A stretch of 63,905 nt of DNA, filler included, from Octopus bimaculoides (taxonomy: Eukaryota): NCBI RefSeq assembly GCF_001194135.2. It is 6 parts of 5 records of this genome, joined end to end, with 100 filler letters (N's around TTAATTAATTAA, not from the genome) between each part and the next. Parts side by side here need not be neighbours in the genome. Positions count along the whole stretch, not along the records: positions 21,187 to 43,247 come from NC_069001.1; 5 more parts are not named here. One strand, written 5' to 3'. Shown in pieces: positions 25,834-38,045 of this stretch. The notes below the pieces were generated by a model that was given only the letters and a program-made list of their open reading frames with translations, was not told where the DNA came from and did no database searches. Numbering within the stretch: the first letter of the stretch is position 1; each line of letters opens with the position of its first letter. The position numbers were made by a program, and so were the translations under genes.

Positions 25834-26159
25834 NNNNNNNNNNNNNNNNNNNNNNNNNNNNNNNNNNNNNNNNNNNNNNNNNNNNNNNNNNNNNNNNNNN
25901 NNNNNNNNNNNNNNNNNNNNNNNNNNNNNNNNNNNNNNNNNNNNNNNNNNNNNNNNNNNNNNNNNNNNNNNNNNNNNNNNNNNNNNNNNNNNNNNNNNNN
26001 NNNNNNNNNNNNNNNNNNNNNNNNNNNNNNNNNNNNNNNNNNNNNNNNNNNNNNNNNNNNNNNNNNNNNNNNNNNNNNNNNNNNNNNNNNNNNNNNNNNN
26101 NNNNNNNNNNNNNNNNNNNNNNNNNNNNNNNNNNNNNNNNNNNNNNNNNNNNNGGAGGG

Positions 26160-26373
26160 AGAGGAGGACATTCAATGTGCTACAAATAGATCACATCTTG
26201 TGTCTATTAAGACCTAAATTGTTCTCAAAACGAAATTTAGCGGAATACCAAAGCGTAAGCGGGCAAGACATTTAAAATTTCCGAAAAAAATCATTATTAA
26301 ACAGGGACCGGTTTCGAAATTAACAATCTTACCGACTGTGTGTTTCTCTTGAGCCTGATTCGTAATGTAACCA
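26160..26373 (-). repeat. Dispersed repeat family R3 with a core-mutated hammerhead motif (26302-26357)
   Basis: Homologous to 29280-29520. Minus strand reads CAGG-CTCAAGA-GAAA...TTTC-GAAAC-CG-GTC-CCTG. Confidence 0.7.
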
Positions 26374-27208
26374 TAATCCTCAGAACCCTATACAAAGTTG
26401 CCCACCGTCATAGGTGCACGTGTATGTGGTTCTGTTAATTACAGCTTAANNNNNNNNNNCCGTCATAGGTGCACGTGTATGTGGTTCTGTTAATTACAGC
26501 TTAATGGTAAAATTCAAAAGTCTTCGTTTTGGCGCGCTAATTCCAGGAATATGTCTGGAGAAAATATTTATTGCGTCGCATATATCCAGTTTGAGAACTT
26601 GGTTATGGTTAATACATTAAAACATAGGGTAAAAAATCATATATTAATTAATATCGATTAATTATCAGGAAGCTAGCACATTTAAAGAATCAAAGAGATT
26701 TAGAAACAGTATCTGCAATCTCAGGGGATTAAAGTATATTTTTATATATAACGTTCATCACTAACGTGGACATTCAACGTGCTTGGTATTCCGCTAAATT
26801 TCGTTTTGAGAAAAATTTAGGTCTTAATAGACACAAGATGTGATCTATTTCTAGCACATTGAATGTCCACGTTAGTGGTCAACGTTATATATAAAAATAT
26901 ACTTTAATCCCCTGAGATTGCAGATACTGTTTCTGAATCTCTTTGATTCTTTAAATGTGCTAGCTTCCTGGTAATTAACCGATATTAATTAATATATGAT
27001 TTTTTTACCCTATGTTTTAATGTATTAACCATAACCAAATTCTCAAACTGGATATATGCGACGCAGTAAATATTTTCTGCAGACATATTCCTGGAATTAG
27101 CGCGCCAAAACGAAGACTTTTGAATTTTACCATTAAGCTGTAATTAACAGAACCACATACACGTGCACCTATGACGGTGGGCAACTTTGTATAGGGTTCT
27201 GAGGATTA
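26374..27208. repeat. Long inverted repeat, ~355-bp arms and ~69-nt spacer
   Basis: 26374-26783 is the reverse complement of 26853-27208 once a 10-N gap and a 45-bp assembly duplication are removed. About ten differences by eye. Confidence 0.9.
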
Positions 27209-27229
27209 NNNNNNNNNNTATAGGATTTT

Positions 27230-27780
27230 ATCTATAAATATAATATGTGACAATTAGTTGGTTGTCATAATAAAACTCAGAGTCTCGGATGCCGGGGCTG
27301 AATAATAAAAAGGAATACTGGTGGAATGTTCCAGTGAAGACTTCAATAAAATGTAAGCACAACAGACCTGATATAATGATTTGGGATCAAGAAGAGAAAC
27401 TGTGCACAGTTCTGAAAATTAGCTGCCCAGAGAATGTTAACGTATAGTTGAAGATCAGTCAAAAAGAGAATACCTACGCTGAACTATTGAGAAATGAGCA
27501 ATTGCTATCGAGATTACAAGTTCAAGTTAAAACCTGTAATTATTGAGGCCGTGGGATATGTAACACACTGCCTAAATACCAATCTTAAGAAATTAGGTTT
27601 CTAAAAATCAGAAAGGAAAAAAGCTAATTCGAAAACTATAGATCCAATCCATCACTGGAACTGTATAAATCTGTAAAACTTTCCAGAAGTTTATCACTTA
27701 AATATATATTAGCATGTCTAGATATGTAACTATATGCATAAGAATGCATACATAATGCAAAACATACAAATCTGCACATA

Positions 27781-27814
<34 letters not shown>

Positions 27815-28030
27815 CATACATACATGCATACACGCATACATACATACATATATACATACATACATACATGCATACATACTTACATACATACATACCTACA
27901 TACAAAGAAAAATACCCTCTTATTGATGTTGAAATTCCAACGAAGTGGCCTTGAATCTAGGTTAGAAACAGGCTCTTTCTCTATTGGTAAGAAATCTTGA
28001 AATAAAACTGAACAATGACATACATAGACA
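27230..28030 (+). mobile_element. R4/Dong-type LINE 3' fragment with (TACA)n-containing 3' UTR
   Basis: EYWWNVPVKTSIKCKHNRPDIMIWD...IQSITGT; then (TACA)n and a ~110-bp tail shared with 43880-43990. Confidence 0.85.
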
Positions 28031-28149
28031 TATATTTTTCAAGAATATATACGTATATACAAAGATAAATACACTTTTCCATGCTTACATGGATATACAT
28101 TTATATACGCATATTATGCACATGCATACGTATTTGTGTTTGAGTGTGA

Positions 28150-28215
<66 letters not shown>

Positions 28216-29148
28216 ACAACTATGCAAGCATGTCTTTATGTATCCGTATACTTTGTACATTAAATATTTATATTCTGCAATATGTGTTAACTCTTTTTCT
28301 CATGTATAAGTTTTAAGGCCTACAAATGTACGAATATATACGAATTTCTTTGAGATACTTTTATTAGCACAATTTCCTACCCTTTGTTTATTCACATTCG
28401 ATTTCATATTTAGTATGTTTTGTTGAATTTTTATCTTGCGACAGTAAGTCTATATAATTGTGCAATCCACTGCGACTGGAAGTCTGTATACTCTATAATC
28501 CACTGCAATTACGTTTATGTGTGTTGTTCAATTTAACTCAAACGTTTGCATTTGCGTCTAGAAAATTAAATGAGACAAACTAGTTCCGATGCCAATAAAT
28601 TATTACTCTGATGTAAGTTACTGAAGAATTTGGAGTTGGCAATGCTTCGTGCAGCGTCTGATGTTCTGAATTTGGTTAATACGGACGTAGTAATTGAATA
28701 AAAGGTAGAAATCGAAGGTGACAGTGCACAGACAATGTAGGTGAAGTATAAAACTCAATAGATGGGAAAAAAGACGAAGCAAAGATAGAATAAATACGCA
28801 TAAGATAGTTAACAGTCAAATAGGCAAACAGAAAATTAAGCGCTGATTGTACAGTGAGAAGATATGCATTATAACATGTTAAATACAGGATAGAGATTCA
28901 AAGAAGGAGCGGCAGACGGATCAAACAGAAAAAAAAGAGGATAAAGAGAGTTTGACATGAGGTGAAAGTAAAGGTTAATAATAAACATTAGGAAGAACTA
29001 GGAAAAAGAGAGAGATATCTGTAGGTATTGTGAAACAACGCGATATATAAGTGTTTGTATTTAATAAGACAGAGAATGAAACTGTTAAATGTTATTTCAT
29101 ATCATGATCAAAATTTAGCCGTAGAACAAGATTTAGTCTCCGAGAACA

Positions 29149-29203
<55 letters not shown>

Positions 29204-29279
29204 NNNNNNNNNNNNNNNNNNNNNNNNNNNNNNNNNNNNNNNNNNNNNNNNNNNNNTATATATATATATATATATTTAA

Positions 29280-29520
29280 AAATAACGTCGACCACTAACG
29301 TGGACAATTAATGCGTTAGAAATAGATCACATTTTGTGTCTATTAAGACCTAAAAAGTTCTCAACATGAAATATAGCAGCATACCAAAAACGTGAGCGGG
29401 CAAGACATTTAAAATCACCTAAAAAAATCATTATTAAACAGGAACCAGGTTTCGGATTTAACAAATTCTTACCATTTGTCTATTCCTCATCAGCCTGATT
29501 TGTAATGTAGCAGTAATTAT
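29280..29520 (-). repeat. Dispersed repeat family R3
   Basis: Homologous to 26160-26373 and to the palindrome spacer; preceded by (TA)n. Confidence 0.75.
29439..29497 (-). ncRNA. Minimal type I hammerhead ribozyme motif, intact core
   Basis: CAGG-CTGATGA-GGA...TCC-GAAAC-CTG-GTT-CCTG; predicted cleavage between 29443 and 29442. Confidence 0.65.
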
Positions 29521-29524
29521 TGCT

Positions 29525-30058
29525 ATAAAGGTGAATTTATAATCTGGATATAGAAGCTGGAGATTTCCAAGCAGATGCTCTTACCCTCTTTCTCTTTGAT
29601 CTTTTTAAAGAGATATTCATATCAGCTGCTGATGACCAGCGGCACAGCTGACCTATATGACGGCACATACGTTTTCTTGCCTGCTCCACTCAACTATATC
29701 TGACCTGTTATATTTACATTTGACAGACGTTTTGATGGGAATATGCCACCAATATTCATTGTGTTAACATTTGTGTATAGGCTCGATACCAAGGGAAAAC
29801 TTAATATTTCTTCAAGGACGTTCTTTTTTTCCGAATAGCATTGAATATTGTTTTTGCGACAACGTCATGTTGCATATGGAGTTAGTACCTTCATGACATT
29901 TTTCAACTGGTACTAATCACATATGTGATGTCTCCCACAAACATGTGGCATGATCTACATTTTTTGCTTGCATCTTGAGCTCGTCTCATTTGTTTACTAG
30001 GTATTTCATAACAATCTCCTGTTCTTGGTTTGCAAATTCAGCCTTCCAAGTGTGATGT
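29525..30058 (-). mobile_element. R4/Dong-type LINE internal fragment (CCHC-RLE), same subfamily as 27230-28030
   Basis: FANQEQEI...CRSCH...HDVVAKTIFNAI...EYWWHIPIKTSVKCKYNRSDIV; the 5' junction abuts (TACA)n on the element's sense strand. Confidence 0.8.
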
Positions 30059-31148
30059 CATGTGTATGTATGTATGTATGTATGTATGTATGTATGTATG
30101 TATGTATGCATGCATGCATGCATGTATGTATGTATGTATGTATGTATGTATGTATGTATGTGTGTATGTAAGTATATCACAAATATATACATGCATACAC
30201 ACATTATATGTAGTATTTCTAGGTTGATCACGTGACAGGCTTCTCGATCACTTTTTATAATGCTATTTACGCAGCTAGCTTCACATGACTTATATATTAG
30301 AATTTGTTTTGAGTTTAGTGATCCCAGTCATAAGCTAACTAATATAATAATATGGACGGAATGAATACTTGGTCCAATCGATAAAAATGTTTGCACAATA
30401 TCAAATAGTAATGTGAGACAATCATATGATGTCGAGCATGATGGGTTTAGCTTCCACAACATTTCCGATTAGATAACACTGACACGTCAGGAAGAAATCG
30501 CAATGATTTTTATTTGAGGACAAGGAAGTATATTTTTTGTGTAAGCTCAAATTCTTAATTCATTAAGACCTCTCCTTCCAGACAAACTAGGCTGTAACTT
30601 CTACAGCTTTATCGATAATAACAACATTAACTTGTAGGCCAACACGTGCGGTTCAACTCACCAAAAAATTGATATTAAACGCAGTAGGATACTGGTGCTG
30701 AAAAATCACGGAAAATGGCATAAACAGCAAATTTCTAAGTTGCTTTTTGGGGAAGATATGTGATGGAGCGATTCTTTACTACAGCAACAGTGTGAGCAAT
30801 GTATTTAGAAATAAGATCATCTATAGTTACAACTAATGTTCTACGTAGCGATCAAGGTGCAGGTAGGTGATCTCAAAGTATGATTCACTGTTATGGGGAA
30901 AATATAGTGATGATACACATTTCCTTCCCGAGCGTAAATATATGAAAATTTTCAGTACACATAGACGTAAAATTTCAGCTGCAGCCACGACATATATTAA
31001 ATCATTTCATACAAACACATAAATCAAATTATTTCATTTAAACACCCACGAGGTTGGATATTCTTGCAAGAATGTTGCGACATATCTGTTGAATAACTTC
31101 ATAGCTTATGATACAGTTACAGTATCATTACTGCTGCAGTGGTCTGAC

Positions 31149-31339
31149 CTACAGAATCTAACTGTAAAACATGATTGAAACGACGCGTCTGATTAGCAGA
31201 AGAACGATTAAGGTCAGATTTCGAATTCAGACGACCTTCTTCATAAATATCGAATACTAGTCGATAGTTTAAAACAGGAATGGGTAACATTTTTTCGAGT
31301 AGTGGGCCGCATGAGATTAGAGTCTTTATAGGTAGTGTA
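31149..31339 (-). CDS. Candidate internal exon TLPIKTLISCGPLLEK...LQLDSV
   Basis: T19-AG acceptor, 63 open codons, AG|GTCAGA donor; no homology recognised. Confidence 0.25.
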
Positions 31340-31499
31340 CTAAAAAAAAAAAAAAAAAAATTAAGGTAATTTTTCGTTAAAGGTGTCTCAGTGTTTTTTT
31401 CGCAGATCGTCTGCCAAAGTAGACGGCTAAACTTGATTTTGTTTTCTTTGGAGAGAAATGCTTTCTGCAATTGAATGAATTGATGTCTTCATATAGTAT

Positions 31500-31594
31500 T
31501 GGTTTCAAATTTTGATACAAGGCCACCGGTTTTCTAGGAGGGTAAGTCAATAACATCGATCCAAGTGTTCAACTGGTATTTATTTTATCGACCC
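31500..31594 (-). mobile_element. SINE family C, 3' part, running into a gap
   Basis: GGTTTCAAATTTTGATACAAGGCC...AACTGGTATTTATTTTATCGACCC. Confidence 0.7.
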
Positions 31595-32216
31595 NNNNNN
31601 NNNNNNNNNNNNNNNNNNNNNNNNNNNNNNNNNNNNNNNNNNNNNNNNNNNNNNNNNNNNNNNNNNNNNNNNNNNNNNNNNNNNNNNNNNNNNNNNNNNN
31701 NNNNNNNNNNNNNNNNNNNNNNNNNNNNNNNNNNNNNNNNNNNNNNNNNNNNNNNNNNNNNNNNNNNNNNNNNNNNNNNNNNNNNNNNNNNNNNNNNNNN
31801 NNNNNNNNNNNNNNNNNNNNNNNNNNNNNNNNNNNNNNNNNNNNNNNNNNNNNNNNNNNNNNNNNNNNNNNNNNNNNNNNNNNNNNNNNNNNNNNNNNNN
31901 NNNNNNNNNNNNNNNNNNNNNNNNNNNNNNNNNNNNNNNNNNNNNNNNNNNNNNNNNNNNNNNNNNNNNNNNNNNNNNNNNNNNNNNNNNNNNNNNNNNN
32001 NNNNNNNNNNNNNNNNNNNNNNNNNNNNNNNNNNNNNNNNNNNNNNNNNNNNNNNNNNNNNNNNNNNNNNNNNNNNNNNNNNNNNNNNNNNNNNNNNNNN
32101 NNNNNNNNNNNNNNNNNNNNNNNNNNNNNNNNNNNNNNNNNNNNNNNNNNNNNNNNNNNNNNNNNNNNNNNNNNNNNNNNNNNNNNNNNNNNNNNNNNNN
32201 NNNNNNNNNNNNNNNN

Positions 32217-32267
<51 letters not shown>

Positions 32268-32269
<2 letters not shown>

Positions 32270-32435
32270 AGACGTATATACGACGGGTTTCTTTCAGTTT
32301 CCATCAACCACATCCATTCTCAAGGCTTTACTCGCTCGGCCCGAGGCTGTAGAGGAAAACACTTGCCGAAGGTGCCATTCAGTAGGAATGAACTCGGAAC
32401 CATGTGGTTGTGAATTAAGCTCCCTATCACATATG
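32268..32435 (-). mobile_element. SINE family A, 5' half
   Basis: CGACGGGTTTCTTTCAGTTTCC...ACACTTGCCGAAGGTGCC...GGAACCATGTGGTTG. Confidence 0.8.
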
Positions 32436-32879
32436 CACTTCCACTGATTTTTACAGCAAGAGATGTTAACACATACGATCTTCGTTGATAAAAATTACCA
32501 GCAGCTTAAAATGCTGAAAACGTTACCTTCAAAGAGAGTTTACAAAATTCAAGAGGCATCGTCTTTATTCGTTGCACATTTAAAGTTTAGCCGGACTATG
32601 TTAAGCTATTGTCCTGGGGAAACGTTAATAAGTTTAAAGTTAAGCATCTCCACCCAATGAAGAAATCGATACACAAATTAACCTAACCTGGCAAGTTCGG
32701 TGGAGCATAATGGCGAAGATGCTGCAAAAAAGGCACGACATTGACGAGGGAAATAGTCCCATTAAACCGAATGCAATAAAGCCACGTACAATGTTTAAAA
32801 CAATACGTAACAAAATACAAATAAGAAATATCGTATTTATTATTCGTTTGTTATTGATATAAATAGAAATATTTTACAA

Positions 32880-34330
32880 TTTTGAATTAAAAACGTGGAG
32901 TTTACATTTTACAACAATTTTTCCAATACTTACTGCGAAGTTACAACTCGTAAACTGTCTTAAATGAAGATCCGAAAATCTAAACCTGTATTTTTACAAT
33001 TACTTTCATTTTAGAAAAAGAGAAAAAGATTTTCGCTTTTATACGTACTTCCCTAACACTATGACAAATCTTATAGCGACGCACAGCATTTTATGGTAGT
33101 TTCCTACACAAGAGTCCCATAAAATTACAATAATCCCTTGTCTTTAAACTTTTGCCGAAAAAATTTCATAATTCTCAAGCTCAGGTATTTCCATTTGCAG
33201 TTCCTTTCGGGTATTTTTTTAACATCAACATTAAATGGATTTATAAAAAAGACTAAAATTAACTTCTATAACTTTGAACTCTTTAAATTTGATTCTCGTC
33301 CTTTTTTCAAAGACTTTATCACTGCAGCAAAACTATTACATTCAGACTCCTTGTGAATGGCTAGTATAGAGGGATAGAAAGCGTTACTAATCTTGAGTTG
33401 ATTCTCCCAAATTTGAAAATTTGTTTCAAAAGCTTTGTCATGGCAATACATCTCATGACTCAATTAATTTTCCTTTTACAATTTTAACTTGATATTATTT
33501 AAACGAATGGTGATATCTACGAGAAATGCAAGGACACAAATAGTTATTACCCTTTAGCTTTGAGACCAACTTACACTTCATTTCTAAAAAGGTGCTTAGA
33601 TCTTCTCCGAAGCTGCACTCCCCTTTATTTCGGGTTAAGGTTAGCAAACTGCACAACAATAAAACATGCTCTGACTGAAGTTTTTTAAACAACTATTTAA
33701 ACTAACGATGGTAAGTGCTCAAGATTTTATAATATTGATGGTTGAAGCAACTCCACGCATAACATTTTCAAATTTTACAGATTTGCTTTTAAATTTTCTC
33801 GATTGATTATGCTACTGAAAATTCTACTGAAAATTCACTGAAAATTCACAAGTTGCTAAATTCAAAAAAGTTATCTTGCAATGTTATTTAAATAGAGAAC
33901 CTGTCTTAGGCCCAACAATTTGCTGGGACTCCGTCAGTTGCTAAACTGACGATAATTTCAAGAATTTCAGCTTCATTGTTCCTATCGTAACTTCTTCATA
34001 AATGCCATGCCTTTCATCGTCTGAACAATAAGTAATTTTTTGGTGATATGAAGGGATTTATCAATGCTGTGCAGCCGTTCATTCGTCGATAGTGAAAAAT
34101 AACAAAACTCTCTTAATATTTTGACAACATACCCTCGATACGAACCCCTATTTCCTTTTATTGTCTTGTGAGACAAGCTACTCCTGTCAATTATAGGTAA
34201 CAAAAAAGAAAACAAATAATTCACTTCGAAAAGGCATTCTTAAAAATTTCCACGTCAGCATAAGTTTTTGGAATGTTTAGCAACTATTTCACTATGTTTA
34301 CCTTGTCTATAATTCATTACACATAGTGTC
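32880..34330 (-). mobile_element. hAT DNA transposon fossil (Buster/Charlie, GTF2IRD2-like transposase)
   Basis: Collinear frameshifted motifs YFSLSTNE, LATDGVPA, TFLEMKCKL, KAFETNFQIWENQLK, INPFNVDV and GSTY...LFSKMK. Confidence 0.8.
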
Positions 34331-34479
34331 ATTTCACACACCGCTTTCTGTGAATTCAGCGGTATCTCATATTTAGCAGTTGAATACATTTATTAACGAA
34401 AACCTCATTCATGTTCGAATCAGTAGACCTCCAGAAATTCTATTCTATACATATTTGTGTATGTGTCTGTGTCTGCGTT

Positions 34480-34952
34480 TGTCGCCCACCACCGCTTGAC
34501 ACCCGGTATTGACTTTACGTCCCCGTAAACTTCCTATTCAGTAAAAGCGACCGATAGAATGAGAACTAGGGGACGATTCGTTCGACTAAGATTCTTCAAA
34601 GCGGTGCCCCAGCATGGTGGCTACCCTCTGATGACTGAAACAAATCAAAGAATAAAACAATGTATATATAATTTGCTTACATGGTTCTGGGTTTAGTCCC
34701 ACTGCATGGCACCTTGGGCAAGTGTCTTTTACTATAGCCTCGGGCTGACCAAAGCCTTGTGAGTGGATTTCGTAGACGGAAACTGAAAGACGCCCGTCGC
34801 ATATATATATATATATATATATATATTTGGGAAAATTTACGAAAACAACAACAGACGAAGACAGGTGGTGTAAACAACAAATGGATGTATTAGTTTAACG
34901 CTCGGGAATAGAGAAAGTCTTTGACGTTTCGAGCTACGCTCTTCAAAATGAT

Positions 34953-34985
<33 letters not shown>

Positions 34986-35195
34986 GTTTGTGTTTCTGTG
35001 TCTGTACCCCCAACATCACTTGACAACCGATTCTGGTGTGTTTACGTCCCCGTAACATAGAGGTTCGGCAAGAGAGACCGATAGAATAAGTACTAGGCTT
35101 ACAAAGAATAAATCCTGGCGTCGATATGCTCGACTAAAGGCGGTGCTCCAGCATGGCTGCAGTCAAATGACTGAAACAAATAAAAGAATGAAAAG
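34480..35195 (+). mobile_element. SINE family A cluster: one 3' half, then a near-complete copy split at its central (TA)n
   Basis: 3' half 34480-34655, 5' half 34675-34800, 3' half 34985-35195. Confidence 0.85.
34828..34950 (-). repeat. Dispersed repeat family R2 with a partial hammerhead motif, inserted in SINE (TA)n
   Basis: Reverse complement of the repeat at 43395-43560; minus strand reads TTGA-A-GAGC(GTA)GCTC-GAAAC-GTC-AAAG. Confidence 0.7.
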
Positions 35196-35279
35196 AAAAA
35201 AGAATATACATATGTACACGACGGACTCTCCCGTTGAAGACGCCATTGAGTGGTCAACTTCTTTTGCCGAAGGACCTGC

Positions 35280-35480
35280 ACAAATGATTTGTTTTATAGT
35301 GATCAAATATTCTCGTGCCACACATTACCTCACTCACTTCATCAAACCGACGTTGTCTAAACAGGTGCATGGTGTACCATATGCCTGGTGTCAAAGTGAC
35401 AGACAGCAACGTGAGATAAAGTGTTTTGCTCAAGAACACAACGCACCACCCGGTCCACGAATTGAAATCATGATCATCCT
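35280..35480 (-). mobile_element. tRNA-derived SINE related to 1-161
   Basis: GAGATAAAGTGTTTTGCTCAAGAACACAACGCACCACCCGGTCC...TTGAAATC. Confidence 0.65.
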
Positions 35481-36590
35481 TACCCATGCATATATATATA
35501 TATATATGTGTATTTAAGCATTATAGAAACGTGGGCAAACCTTTGGTGTCGAAAAAGGACAGCATGTTTATACTAAAGTGTTTAAAATTACCCAGAACTA
35601 CTGTATTTGTGTATGAATGTGTATGTATATGTGTGCACTCACGCATGTTTGTAAACGTGGGGGGGGGGGGGTATAAATAAATTCCTTCAAACTTACCCAG
35701 TTTGTAATTCTATTTGAATTAGAGAAATCGAAATGCAACATTTAGATAAACCAGCCTCAATATTTAGCTGCATTTCTTCGAAGCAAAGAATAATTCAACA
35801 ATACAATGGCAATTATCTTGAGACTATTGCAATTATATCTTCCACATTTTGTGAAGTGAATGTCAATAAAGGTTAACTTAGTTTTTAGAACCTTGTAAAC
35901 GTTACAAAACAATACCGTTTGTCCTCCTTACTCTCTAGAGAAAAGCGATTCTCAATAATTGCTTCCTCGCCTGAATATATAATATAATTTGAAGTTAAAT
36001 TTCAAGCTGAAACATTCATGTGTGAGCGCAATAATAGCAAACAAGAAAGAAAACTACGCTTTTTATAATTCTAACATTTGTTCACAATTTCATATTTAAT
36101 ATTTCTTCTGTGGCGTGTGTGTGTGTGTGTGTATCTGTGCTTGCGCGCGGATGTGTGTGTGTGTGAGGATATGTGTGTGTGTGTGCGTGCGTGTGTGTGT
36201 GTGCGTGCGTGTGTGTGTGTGTGTGTGCTAGCGTGTGTACCAGTAGTTTAGGGTAGTCGGTCTTTGCAATATAAATATTATATGTATGCATATGTGTATG
36301 TATGTGTGAGTACGTACAAGTTTTTTTATGTATGTGCGGTACATTCTTAATTTAAACTATGATAGCGATTACTTTATTATAAATGTATCGATATTCGCAT
36401 AAGTGGATATATTATTGTATAAACTATCATTAATGTTAGACACATATATTTACATAATTATGCATATACACTTAGAGAGAAAGAGAGATGGGGAGATTGA
36501 GCACACTTTATGCTCAAAGGCATTCACAATATGACCATCCGATTATTTGACAACATTATCTCATGCATCACTTTTTGTTCTTTATTTAAG

Positions 36591-37191
36591 GTGGCAGTAT
36601 TTGTTTTCAAGGAGACATGCTACTCTTTCGTGTAGATTGCGATACAATATAGAGTTTCTTACGTTGGTTTAAGTTTATGTAAGTCTGTTTGTTTTAGTTT
36701 GAATGTGTTTTAGCGTGTGCAAAGAGAGAATTTACAAACCGATTAAAATTTTAACCAGACAGGGATTATTTTTGATGCAATTACTGGTTATCTGAGAGAA
36801 GTCAAATCAAAATCTAGCTTACATATTAAGAGAAACTTTAATTGAATATAAACAAATATAACAATTCTTGTCAACGATATCAGAACGATATTATAGTATA
36901 TAATCACAGACAAAAGAAAATCTATTTGAAACAACTACAGAAAATATAAGTTCATTTTTAAAGAGAGATCAGAACATAGATTATTGAAAAATACCACCGA
37001 TCATTAAGCAAGACTTGAAAACTAAACCTGTTCAGTTTAAACTTATCACAAATATATTTAAGCTTGCAGCACAGAAACTCATTCCAATCTATCGAGAAAA
37101 ATTTTCTGAACAACACAAAGTAAACCTGGATCTTCAGCAAAACCATATAAAACTGTTTGAAAATTACGACCATCTTGGCAACTCCGATTAG
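36591..37191 (+). pseudogene. Putative type II membrane GT32 (OCH1/SUR1-like) glycosyltransferase pseudogene
   Basis: One frame with 6 internal stops: basic N-tail, hydrophobic stretch, stem, then KIPPIIKQDLKTK...KLFENYDHLGNSD, whose spacing fits the remembered IPxIIHQTWK...F/WxNY...RAD pattern. Confidence 0.35.
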
Positions 37192-38045
37192 TAATGCCCA
37201 CTATACAACTACGATCCCTAAAATCCTATTTTAAGAACGTAAATCCATTAATTGCATCTCAGGCTGCACCAGTGTATCGATTAAAAACGATTTAAAACGA
37301 AAATGAAAACGATATTCATTTCGGACCCACATTAAGACAACAAAATACATCCATAAAATACTGACTCTTTCAGAAATATAAACTACATATATTCAATTTG
37401 AGTGGGTTAGTTAAGCTGCGAATTGGAGAAGAACAGACTGGAAAGTACTATTTTTAGTGACCTCCATAATTTGCAGGATTAGGAGACAGGTTCAATGATA
37501 CATAAATATTCGTTTTTCCGTGTGACATTTAAAAATTATAGGAATGAGAGGTTTATTAAATATGACCAGGATAGCCGGTCTTTAAATAAAATACTGCAGA
37601 GTAATAGGAGAGAATATTTAAGTTACAGAAACCACGTAAGTGTAATACAGTACAATATGTAAGAGATCGATGCAGGGATTCATCGTATGTATGAGAATGA
37701 TTGTAGAAACAGAATGCCTCTCATAATAGTTTAAACAGAAGAGGAAAATTCAGTTGGAATATTCACGCTAATTAATTAAGTTTTAACCTGCTCTGTCATA
37801 TAACCTTCCATAGTTCACCAAATATTATCGAAGTACTTTCGCAAAGCTCACTGTTAATTAGTGAAATTCACTGAGTCGACATTTAGAAGGTCCGCAGATA
37901 TGTGGCTGTTTTTAACCATTTGTATACATTTCATGCCGAATGTAGTAGGATGTCTATTTTGAAGGCGAGTCATATTCGTCTGCTGCATCGAATCTATATT
38001 TTGAAGGATGAAATGCTACTGAAATATTGTTGATTTTTACCTTAC

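Noticed and set aside
26405-26504. 45-bp direct repeat around 10 N
   Set aside because: Exact duplication across a 10-N gap is an unmerged contig overlap.
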